Origin: Octopus sinensis
Lineage: Eukaryota
Reading direction: 5' to 3'
DNA length: 64,000 nucleotides
Assembly: GCF_006345805.1 (NCBI RefSeq)
Contig: NC_042999.1
Span: 46,004,001 to 46,068,000, forward strand
In this document: positions 1-11,768 of the stretch, piece by piece
How the letters are laid out: each line of letters opens with the position of its first letter
How positions within the stretch are numbered: the stretch's first letter is position 1
The notes under the pieces: generated by a model
Database searches by the model: none
What the model was told of the DNA's origin: nothing
What the model saw: the letters and a program-made list of their open reading frames with translations, nothing else
Program-made: the position numbers and the translations under genes

Positions 1-13
1 TGTGTCTCATGTA

Positions 14-63
<50 letters not shown>

Positions 64-200
64 TAATATATATATATATACACACACGCATACATATATA
101 AAAATGCACGCACACACATATACTTATATTTGTATATATGTATATAAATATATATATATGTATATATATATATATTATATATATATATATATATATATTA

Positions 201-233
<33 letters not shown>

Positions 234-412
234 CATACATATATAAAAATGCACGCACACACATATACTTATATTTGTATATATGTATATATATATATAT
301 ATTTGTGTGTATATATATATATTTATATATATATATAATATATATATATATAGATACACATATATTTGTATATATATAGTATATATGTATATAAATATAT
401 ATATATGTATAT

Positions 413-450
<38 letters not shown>

Positions 451-567
451 GGATGTATGTATGTGCATATGTATATATACATATATAAACATACACATAT
501 AAAACATGTATATATATTTATACAAAAATTATCACATACACACACACATAAATATATATATATATAT

Positions 568-601
<34 letters not shown>

Positions 602-610
602 AATATATAT
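1..610. repeat. Compound (TA)n/(TG)n/(CA)n microsatellite field
   Basis: Directly visible; source of the [12 protein letters not shown] ORFs. Confidence 0.95.
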
Positions 611-861
611 GAGACGTATGTGTCCACAGACTTCTGTGTATTTTCATACATGATAATTTATAGATTATCTTTAATGATTTCCATTTTTTTTTTATTGCCT
701 AATAAGTAATAAACAGGAATAGAGTCTTTGGTCATTGGTTCTATATTTTTTAAGAGATATTTCACAATTAACTCTAGTTTATCAATTCTGAAAAAGCAGA
801 AATCTTTCACATATAATTTTTACACTCTACTTTATGTCTTTCATAATAAAAAAAAAGAAAT

Positions 862-879
862 ATGTATATATATATATAC

Positions 880-911
<32 letters not shown>

Positions 912-950
912 ATAAATATATATATATATGTGTGTGTGTTTGTGTGTATA

Positions 951-981
<31 letters not shown>

Positions 982-1032
982 GTATATGTGTGTGTATATA
1001 TATGTATATATATATATATATGTATGTATAAA
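862..1032. repeat. (TA)n/(TG)n microsatellite
   Basis: Directly visible. Confidence 0.95.
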
Positions 1033-1309
1033 TAGTTAATATATTTTTTCTATTTTCAGGTGTACCTCCCCCACCTAACTTTTTCTTAGAGCATCAATAT
1101 ATTTTGTAAAAGTTATTTTGTTTGAAATGTAATGTACGTTTTTTGCATGCATAATTTAGATTGGACAGTGCAAGCCTATCTCACCCCAACCCTACGTCCA
1201 CTATATTTATTGCTTTTGCCAGTGTACAACCCCCTATGAATTGTATGAAATATATTCGCCATAAGTAGTATGATGGCTACTACAACTTTGGTTGCTTGCT
1301 TTGATGTAG

Positions 1310-1392
1310 GATTTGGGTTTTTGACATTCGAGAATGAAGACAGCGTTGACGAAGTTTGCCAGCAACATTTTGTGACCATCAAGGGCAAGCAG
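1310..1392 (+). CDS. DAZAP1: Internal coding exon of a DAZAP1/Hrb27C-like RRM protein (RNP1 through alpha2 of an RRM, probably RRM2)
   Basis: Acceptor ttgcttgctttgatgtag at 1308-1309 (phase 1) and donor CAG|gttatt at 1393 (phase 0). Translates (G)FGFLTFENEDSVDEVCQQHFVTIKGKQ and joins in frame to VECKRAEP at 52733. GK.VE.KRAEP and SVD resemble DAZAP1/Hrb27C more than Musashi (NKMVECKKAQP). The symbol is from recalled family motifs, not a search. Confidence 0.85.
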
Positions 1393-1445
1393 GTTATTAA
1401 AAATGTCCATATTATTTCTAATATGTTGCTAATTATATGGTGTTT

Positions 1446-1639
1446 ATATATATAATGCATGCATGTAATTATCTATGTATGTGTAGGTAATTATATGCAT
1501 ATAATGTGTGTATGTATATGTAATCATATATATATAATTCATATATATATGTATATATATATATGTATATATGTATGTATATATACACACACATATGTAT
1601 ATAAATTTATATATATATGTATATATACATATAATATAT

Positions 1640-1682
<43 letters not shown>

Positions 1683-1975
1683 ACACACAATATGTATATA
1701 AATTTATATATATATGTATATATATATATGTATGTATGTATATACACACACATATATACATATATATACATGCATTATATCAATGTTTGTTTATTTTTAA
1801 TGAAATGTTTTCTTTGTATATTTATATTTGTTTATAGATATATGTGTTTATATATATGTATACAATGGGTATATATGCCTGTGTGTGTAAATGTGTCCAT
1901 TCACATATATTTATAACTATATATGTGTGTGTGTGTGTATGTGTGGGTGTATATATATATATGTATAAGCTCATA
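1446..1975. repeat. Degenerate (TA)n/(TG)n microsatellite field
   Basis: Directly visible. Confidence 0.9.
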
Positions 1976-4822
1976 TATGTACATCTAAAAGTAAGAATAG
2001 TCTAAATATACAAATCTTTGTATGATACATAATTGTCTGTCTGTGCATATTGAGCCAAATTCATACTGCCTCTATTTGTTGTTTATGCATGTATATGTTT
2101 GTTTATTTATTTGCTTAACATTTTCTAAATATTAATTAAGTATTTAATACACCTTTATTTTTTTGTTTATCTTGAGTAAAAAATAGTGTTTAAACTTTAT
2201 GAAAAAAAAACAAAAGCAAAAAATATAAACATAAAACAAAAACATAATGGGAAAGATTTTTTAGTATTTTGTAGAATGTGTATGTCTATTATGCAATTAT
2301 CTATTTTATGTATATTCATATAGAAATACTTTTGTGATGTCATGTCATAATTTATTGTATAATTTGATATCATTTAATTGTTGAGCTACTGGATTATTTT
2401 GCTTTCGTGTATGTAAATTATATTTATTTCTGAAGGTTGCATCCCATCCACATTTGACATTATAAACCAAACTTAATGGTCATTTTTTTTTTGTAAATTT
2501 CATTTTTCTTTTCCCTCACTTTTTTTCTATCATATTTTAAAATTTTATTGTGCTCCCCTTCCTTATTATTTTTCTCATACACATGAAATTAGCACTATAA
2601 AATTGCACATAATTTTTCACTTCCCAATTGAGTACTAACAAATGTTCTGTCTTCAACAGAAGATTACAATGTTTTCATTTTCATAGTTTGTGTTATAGTT
2701 AAAAATTGTGTTGCATAAGCAAGATTTCTCCAAAAATATGCTATGAGCTTCCTTTTTTGGATTTAATCAATTTTTGTCTTTTATGTTCTTTCTTCTTTGT
2801 ATCCAATATTTCAAATTAGTATCATTGACTTTTCTCTATTCTGAATTTGTTTTGATTTATATTATTTTTTAAACTTTTTTTTTTTCTTACATACTTTTGT
2901 TTTCATTTTTATGTTTTTTGTCATCACTGTTTATTTGTAGTAGGAAGAATAAGCATTGTTATTGCAAGTAATACCATTCTTCTCTAATTTATTCTTCATT
3001 GTTGTTGATTCATTGTTTTTCTCTTCTCTTTACTGATGAGATGCTTGTGGTTTTCAGGTGTTTCTTTTTAAGACGGAACTATGCTTTTACATAAGAAAAA
3101 AAAATCCTATAAAAGAGTCTGTAAACTGGCTTCTTCAATTTTTAGATGTAGAGGCAATTGTGTACCGTTTTTTAACTATTAATCATACAGTTATCAATGT
3201 GCTTTGATGTAAACATTAGCTGTAAGACATACTTAGTACTAAGTCAAAATTAATATGCATTTGCTTTTATAATTGTATTTTAGTGGTAGTAGTAATAGTA
3301 GTAGTAGTAGTCTTGTTTTTATGAATGTTAAAAATAAGCGAATCTATTTATTTGAATTGTAATTTTAAAAGAATTTCTGAAAGTTATATTTTTGTGATTA
3401 TACAAAGATTGTGCAACTTGTTTTTTAAAATTCTTGCTATCTCTACTAAAATTCAGATTTTAGTTAAAATGTTTGACGAGGTAATATCTTTATACTTGTG
3501 ACATATCTTATGATTTGAGGTATCTGTTGGAAATAGCTCGTCTGTGATCTTACTTTGTAGAGTGGCAGTTTGCAAAATAAAATGGCAATCTTGGGAATAT
3601 TTTTCGAGGCACATAATATCATATAGCGTTGAGGTTTGGGTTGTTTTTTAAGCAACATTTATTTCCTCAGATGAAGTCATCATGCATTGAAGATAATTTC
3701 TTGCCTTTTTCTCATTATTATAGACTATTTCTGAGATATTCAAAGATAGTTTTAAATAGTTGCCCATGTTTATATAATTAGAAATATATTCTTGATGTAT
3801 TTAACTCACAACGATCTGATTCAGTGTATCACTCTTTGAAGAGAAAACAGATAACGTGTTAGAGAGGACTTATCTGGATCTCACCACACCTTTATTAAAA
3901 ATATAGATTTAAGTGAGAAATGTATTCGCCATCTGCTTCTTAATTATAAAAGTCAAATATGATGTTTCATTGCATCCTCTTCCCATCTTTCTCTCTGTCT
4001 CAGCTTTACTGTAAAGATTGTCATGATTAGATTCATGTTCTCTTAGAATGAAATAACTAAAATTTTGCATTTCCAAATTTAATTGAAGAAATACTTTAAC
4101 ATGTCTATGATTTTTTTTTTTTTTTTTTTTAATTAATTCCAGGATAAATTAATTTAGAATTATTTTAGGTAGGTAATTTATGCTATGAATTTCAAAAAGC
4201 TAATTCTCTCTCTGTGTATGCTAGATTCTATATTAGTTTTTAGCTTTCTAATGATAGTAAATCTTTATAAAATAAATTTTTTGCTTTAATTTTCTTTATT
4301 ATTCACAGTACAGGTGTATGAAGATTTACACACAGCTTAAAAACAAATTCTTTTATAAAGTATAATCTATGGGGAAATAATTATTTAATGAATATATTTT
4401 CTTTGGGAAGATTATAAAATGAAAAAATCTAATTTTGTGAACTGTTCTACTTCAAACTTTCAAATGTGTTTTGAGTATAAGGAAGCAGTGAGAATATTAG
4501 CTCTATTGTATATTAGTTACATTCATCATTGTCATCTTAACGTCCACTTTTTCGTGCCTGCATGGATCAGAGAAATTACATTGAGGCAGATATTCTATGA
4601 CCAGATGCTCTTCCTGTTGCCAACCTTCTCCTGTTTCTTAGTAATGTAATACTTTCCCTTCTCCTCTACCTCTGTTTTCAGGCCCTCAGACCTGAATGGC
4701 TCAATGGCTAGACATGTTTTCATGGAAGATTGCAAACAATCTCCACAGCTTGTATGAAAGTGATGTTTGTTTAAAATTTGTGCACGATGTTGAGATGAAG
4801 AGATATGAACATCTATGCACAT

Positions 4823-4858
<36 letters not shown>

Positions 4859-5675
4859 GCGATATGTTCCTTTCAGTTTCTGTCTACCAAATCCACTCAC
4901 AATGCTTTGATTGGCCTGGAGCTGTGGTAGAAGAGACTTGCCCAAGGGGGTGCACTGTTTTTACTGAACCTGAAAAATCACATAGTTGCGACATGAACTC
5001 CTCAACCACATGGCCATGCCTGTATGCCAGCCATATGTTATGTAATCTCAGATGGATGTAGACACTAATAGTTCGAAGAACTATTTAGAATTATGCTGAC
5101 CAACTAATTAATTTAATAAGGAGTCTGAGTTTTAAATCAATTGACTTTTGAAAGCAGTGTTCCAGCATGACCACAATAACAGAATTGAAGCCAATAAAAG
5201 AATAATGGGTAGAAACATGGCTATGTTGTTAAGAAGTTCATTTTGCTATCTTCTGGTTCTAGTTTCGTTTCCTATGCATGGCACCTTTGGAATGTACTTT
5301 CTATCATAGTTTCATTTCAACCAAAGCATTGTGAGTAAAATTTAGTGGGCAAGTGGTTGACAGAATCAATAGGGCATCAGCCAAAATACCTTGTGTTATT
5401 TAGTGACACCCTTTTAAGTTCTGAGTTCAAATCTGACTCAAGCAAACTTTGCCTTTTCTCCCTTATGTGGTCAATAAAATAAATATTAACCAAAGTGTTA
5501 GGATTAACATCACTGGTTGAATCCAGTAACTGAAACTAATAAATAAACAAGAGTGATGTGTAATCAAATAAGAAAACAGAGAGAAAGATACAGTATGAAT
5601 TTGGTGGTAACTAAACTTATATTACTTGGTTAAGACATTATCATGATACAATCAGTCATTCTGTGACAGTATGTG

Positions 5676-5902
5676 AGGCAGCGAGCTGGCAGAGATGTTA
5701 GCACGCTGGGTGAAATGCGTAGCCATATTTCGTCTGCTGTTACGTTCTGAGTTCAAATTCCGCCGAGGTCAACTTTACCTTTCATCCTTTCGGGGTCGAT
5801 AAATTAAGTACCAGTTACGCACTGGGGTCGATGTAATCGACTTAATCCGTTTGTCTGTCCTTGTTTGTCCCCTCTATGTTTAGCCCCTTGTGGGTAATAA
5901 AC
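5676..5902 (+). mobile_element. tRNA-derived SINE, family A (young copy)
   Basis: Head aggcagcgagctggcaga with B-box-like gagttcaaattc, core gtcaactttacctttcatcctttcggggtcgataaattaagtaccag; about 30 related copies in the window. Confidence 0.85.
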
Positions 5903-7491
5903 AGATATTCTGAGACTGTATGTGATCTTGGCATTAGGTTGTTGGATTTCCAATCATTAAAGCATGGGTTCAGTTCTTGGACCAGTGGTGCGTTGCATCC
6001 TTGAGCAAGGTACTTTATTTCATGTTACTTCAGTACATTCAGCCAATTTGCTTATCAGTTTTTTTTTTTACCTCAACCATTTGAGCATGTCCTTTCGTAG
6101 CTGATAATATGGTCATCTCTGATCAGGAACAAGAGTAGCAGAGGAGCATCATAGCCATGTGTCAAGATGGATTCTTTGGGGCTTGAATAAATATAACAAA
6201 AGCTAAGCTTGAAGGAAATATTAGCCGTTTTTCATACAACAAATAGGAAATAATAATTGCTACCCAAGGACAAAACTCATGTCACACAGTGTAATCTAAA
6301 TAAGTTGTGGCCTAACGAGGCTGTTGGCTTGAGGCAGATTTTTGAAATTTTTGATCAGTCATTGCCATTCCTCATTAAACCTATGTGCACATGAGGTTTT
6401 TACTTTCTTCCTTAGAATAATTTTCTAGCTAGTTGGTATGTCTAGACACAAAACAATGACAAACAAGCTAAATTTCATGTATATTCTGAAAACTTCAAGA
6501 TTACTCTACTACATCTATTATAAGTACAGGACTCTCCTTATGATTTGTTTTATTTTGTGTAGATCTACAAGTGCTTCGGTTGGCACCTTTATGGTTTCAA
6601 CAGGAAATATATAATTAATTTTCATATTTTCAGAATCAGTAATTCATATTAGTTTAATAAAATTTTTTTAGTATATCCCTGTTAGAAAATGCCTTTCACA
6701 TTAATCTCTTCGCAATATTCCATTCCAATTTCTGATACGTATAAAAATGCCCAACAAAATATCCAATTTCATTCTCTTTGTTGAAGAAGCCATTAAAACC
6801 ATCTCAGTTTATTATGAATTCTAGGAAATGTTGGTACATGGAGCTTCAACAAATTAAATTTTAGGTTATTTTAAACAGACCTTTTTTTTTTTTTTTTGCA
6901 CATTTCGACTCATTTCACCACTAAATTTTAACTGCCATACTTTATATTTTGTCAATTTAGTGATATCTAAATTTGGTCTAGCTCATAGAACGTCACATGA
7001 TGATAACTATGAAGTGTGGCAGTAAGAATTTTGTGACAAAAATAGCAACATTATTACAGTCTCACTGTTTCTGGAACCATTGTAACTCACACCAAAATAA
7101 ACATGTGTTTACAAAAAAATATTGCATTTTGATATTGCCATACATTACACTATTTCAACTGTAATTTTGAGTCTGTTTTTTTCCATTCTTACATAATCTG
7201 GAGTATACTTTATTAATACAATATTTTCAGGCTGTCTGCATGCTTATCTGTTTTAGCTTCTGATATTTAGTTCTTTAGGTTTGACCATTCTATTTCAGGT
7301 TTTATCAAATCATTTTCTACAATCTCTTATAACTTCAGAGTTCAGTTTCCATTATTTAATTTACTTCAAATATTCTGTTCAATATGTCTCTAATAGATTC
7401 TTTTGATATTTTAACAAAGACTATCCTGAAATTTTGATTGTCTTTATTACAGCTTGATCCCATTACACATGCACACACACAGACACTCAAG

Positions 7492-7523
<32 letters not shown>

Positions 7524-8109
7524 TAAAGCTTTGTGTTCCACTGTTATAGAATCACCATGTTACATACTGTTTCATTTATTGTGTACGTAGATGACATCAC
7601 TGTATACACAGACACAATACAGTTACTGTTAGAGATGTACTGTTGTAAAACATCACACTGCATACATATATAGGCACTACATTACCACTGCCTTTACTAT
7701 CATACTACTGCATTTGTACTGGTTTCAGAAAAAAATTCTTGATACAGGCACAATATCTGAAGGAAGATTTTCTTAAATTAAAAATTATTGATTATATGAA
7801 GGCATGTTGACCTGAAGTTAGGATGTTGCACTCTTAATTGAAAGAATGCGGTTTCATTTCCTGAACTAGGCTGTGTGTTATGTTCTCAAGCAAAACACTT
7901 CATTTCATGTTGCTCCAGTCAACTCGGCTGAAAATGAGTAACCCTGTCTTAGAACTTCAGACAGCAAATAGGAGTTTTCTGTCCAATGTCTATATCCATG
8001 ATTCTTTGTATGTTTTGATCTAAATGGTGGTGCTCCAACACGACCACAGCCTTTAGGCTGAAATACATGAAAAATAAAAGGAAAGGTCTTTAAAAAACTT
8101 GATACTGGG

Positions 8110-8640
8110 AAATTTCAATTTGTTAAAAAATTTTCACTGTTTTTAGTTTTTCAAACACTTGTGTTGTAAAGTAATCTATATTAGATGTAGTTACTTTCAG
8201 TTGGTGTATCGACTATTTGTGGTTTAGTTTTAGATTTAGAATTCTTATAAGGTATTCTCTTATTGCCTTTTGTAGTTGGTCATTTTCTTCTGATTTTTTT
8301 TTCAAAGGGAATATTTTGAAATTTCCATTTGCACGAATGTCTAGATGTTCACTCCATGCAACATTTCTATGAGATGAATCTTTGATTTGTTGCTTGTGTA
8401 CCGTAAATTTGACATATCAATCTTTATCCTATTTGGCTAGTAAAAATATCTAAACAACTGACATAAGACTGGAATGGCACAAACAAAATCAAAAGCAGAA
8501 CTTAATTTAATTGAAATAATTTTAGAAAAACTATCAAATCAACAGGCAATTCTTACAAACAGTACAACTCTATACAGATTACTCCATAATAGGTGTGTTT
8601 GAAAAGCTGTAAAAAGTGAAAGCACCATATGAAAACTTCT
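8110..8640. mobile_element. Possible decayed MITE with long imperfect inverted ends
   Basis: ttttcactgtttttagttttcaaacac (~8132-8158) is roughly the reverse complement of gtgtttgaaaagctgtaaaaagtgaaa (~8595-8621); further weak inverted matches internally. Confidence 0.35.
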
Positions 8641-8726
8641 TTCCTAAAAATCTTTGTTTTTTAAATATTTAAGAATATTTTTTATGTAATTGATAATTTT
8701 TAATTTAAGAAAATCTTTGTTCAAAT

Positions 8727-8765
8727 ATATATGTATACACACACACACACCACACACACACATAT

Positions 8766-8809
<44 letters not shown>

Positions 8810-9024
8810 TATCTATAGGCATATGTATGTGTATGCATATATTATGCATATATATACCTATAAATATATATGTATATATATACATACATCATATGTATCT
8901 ATATGTACATATATGCATCTATATATACATGGTTGTATATACATACATATATATATATATATATATAATATATATATATATACACGCATATATATGCACA
9001 CACATACATATATACACACATATG

Positions 9025-9086
<62 letters not shown>

Positions 9087-9180
9087 CCACACATATGTAT
9101 TTGTACATACATACACCTTATTACCTTTACTACCACAGTTGTATTGTAATAAAACCTCTATACATGTATATATATGACAT
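8727..9180. repeat. (TA)n/(CA)n microsatellite field
   Basis: Directly visible. Confidence 0.95.
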
Positions 9181-9639
9181 CACCACTACTCTTACTATTA
9201 GAATTTTATTGCTATAAGAAGCATTCTTTATACATATGTACATTAACTCTACTACCATTACTGGGTTAGTTGTACAGTAACAAACCCCACTCTTTAATGT
9301 TGCCTGTATTTTTTTCAATTACTTTTTAAATGTGTGTTAATGTAGTGTGCATAAATATGCCCTACATATATTACATTCATCGTCCCACATGTAGCATTAT
9401 AATAAAAATAATTATATGTGCTTCATAGATATAATTTTAGTTGAAAACCTGAGTGTATTTCTTTGTCAATCAAAGAGATAACAAGCAACATTTCTTTTAA
9501 TTAAGTGTTTAATTGCTGAGATAGGAACATATTCTATTCCATATGCGTTTTGTTATGTCAGTATATTTATTTTAATTCTTTTGTTGGTTTATGTCAGTGT
9601 ATTAGTCTTAATTCTTTTGTTGGCTCTAGAATGAAAGTA

Positions 9640-9830
9640 TGTTAGTCATAGTTGCTCCTGCTCCCCATGGAGGTTTGGATGATGAAGGATCTCATCATCC
9701 AAACCCTTGTTATGAGGCTGTTCTCAGACTAGGCACATGTCTTCCAGGTCCTCCTCTTTAGTCTTCATCCAGGTTTTGTCAGACCTTTAAGGAGAAATTT
9801 AGCCATTCTAAAAAGAGGCATTTACAGTGC
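9640..9830 (-). mobile_element. Decayed 3' end of an RTE-like LINE
   Basis: Minus strand reads roughly KTWMKTKEEDLEDMCL (RTE C-terminal KTW..EDL motif) followed by a UTR hairpin. Confidence 0.4.
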
Positions 9831-10407
9831 AATATATGATTGGCGTTCCATCCATTTCCCCTTTTTGCTATTGTTCATCAATCCATTCTCTTAATTTCTA
9901 TTGTTCTTCTGCAGAACCATTGTTGATCTTAGTGGAGTTTTAGTAATGTTCTGCAGACCTATTGTTGATGTTCGTTAGGAGGCTTTGGTATTCTTCTGCA
10001 AACCCATTGTTCTTTGTGGTGGTGTTTTGGTTCTCTTCAGCATACCCTCTGTTATATTTATAATGGAGTTTATGTATATATATATTCATTCATTTGTTTA
10101 CCCATATTTCTCTGCAGGTCTTTGCCTTCATGCAAATAAATGAAATCATCAACTCCCTATTTTGCTTGAACTGCAGTAGTTCAAAATAACTAAAGAACTA
10201 TTGAACAAAGCCATATTTTCTTTTGCTTTCCCTGTCACCAACTCTCACCTGTTACCAAGCAAGGTAATATTTTCCTTCAAGTTATTCATGAAAAACTAAT
10301 AATGAATAATATTGCTTATATGATGGTGATGCTCATTTAAAACCAGCATATGATGTCTAGGCAAGGTTACACACCCACACACACACACACATAGTGTGTT
10401 TGTGTGT

Positions 10408-10563
10408 GCAGGCATGGCTGTGTGATAAGAAGCTTGCTTCTCAACCACATGGCTCTGGGTTCAGTCCCGCTGTGAAGCACCTTATGCAGGTGTCTTCTAC
10501 TATAGCCTCGAGCCAACCAAACCCTTGTGAGTGGATTTGGTAGACAGAAACTGAAAGAAGCCA

Positions 10564-10610
<47 letters not shown>

Positions 10611-10830
10611 ATGCCTTTGTGTCTTTATTTGTTCCCCCATCACCACATGACAGCTGGTGTTGGTGTGTTTACATCCCCTTAATTTAGCAGCGTGGCGAAA
10701 GAGCCTGATAAAATAAGTATTAGGCTTAAAAAAACAAGTAATCTTCTGGGGTTGATTTGCTTGATTAAAACCCTTCAAGGCAGTGCTTCAACATGGCCAC
10801 AGTCAAATGACTGAAACAAGTAAAAGAATA
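10408..10830 (+). mobile_element. tRNA-derived SINE, family B (CORE-like, internal TA/TG microsatellite)
   Basis: A-box tggctgtgtg, B-box gggttcagtccc, caccttatgcaggtgtcttctact core, tail gtcaaatgactgaaacaagtaaaag. Confidence 0.85.
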
Positions 10831-11027
10831 AACACACACATACATGACAAACTTCTTTTAGTTTCCGTCTACCAAATCCATCCAAGGTTTGGCTAACTCT
10901 AAACCATAGTCAAAGACACTTGCCTGAGATTTGCGCAGTGGAACTGAACCCAAGACCATGTGGTTGGGAGGCAAGCTTCTTAACACAGCTGTGCCTGCAC
11001 CTATATAATTCTCTCTCTCTATATATA

Positions 11028-11413
11028 TACTCTTTTACTTGTTTCAGTCATTTGACTGTGGCCATGCTAGAGCACCATCTTTAGTCGAGCAAATCGACCC
11101 CGGGACTTATTCTTTGTAAGCCCAGTACTTATTCTATCGGTCTCTTTTGCCGAACCGAACCGTAAACGCACCAGCATTATCAAGCAATGCTCGGGGGACA
11201 AACACAGACACACAAACACAAACACAAACACAGACATATACATATATACATATATACGACAGGCTTCTTTCAGTTTCCGCCTACCAAATCCACTGACAAG
11301 GCATTGGTCAGCCCGGGGCTATAGCAGAAGACACTTGCCCAAGATGCCACACAGTGGGACTGAACCCGGAACCATGTGGTTGGTAAGCAAGCTACTTACC
11401 ACACAGCCACTCC
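11028..11413 (-). mobile_element. SINE family B, full length
   Basis: Reverse complement of the family-B consensus seen at 59906-60308. Confidence 0.9.
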
Positions 11414-11421
11414 ATTTATAT

Positions 11422-11703
11422 AAATATAAAATGGGACAAGAATGCAAAACATCCAGACAGTCAGGTGATATGAAAAAGGGGACAACAAAACATCCGGATA
11501 AACGATACAAAGAAAACAAGGATGGGTCATTTGAAGTTGTCTTTCCTCAGTCAAGTTCCAGAGATTATCTTTGCAATTTTGGCTGGTTATGCTCGAGATT
11601 ACTCCTTGTTTTCTTTGTATCATCTATCTGGATATTTTTTTTGTCCCCTTTTTTGTATCACCTAACTGTCTGGATGTTTTGCATTCTTTCCCATTTTGTA
11701 TTT
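11422..11703. repeat. Foldback: ~100-bp inverted arms around an 80-bp spacer
   Basis: 11422-11522 is the reverse complement of 11603-11703, roughly 85-90% identical by eye; a related single arm plus spacer lies at ~33365-33490. Confidence 0.9.
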
Positions 11704-11735
11704 TATATATATATAGTGGCATACGTACACTTTAG

Positions 11736-11768
<33 letters not shown>

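Noticed and set aside
2-1916. Numerous 60-125-aa ORFs rich in YI/CV/TH (also 8644-9177, 29390-29733, 33949-36307)
   Set aside because: Translations of (TA)n/(TG)n/(CA)n microsatellites; open in several frames and on both strands.
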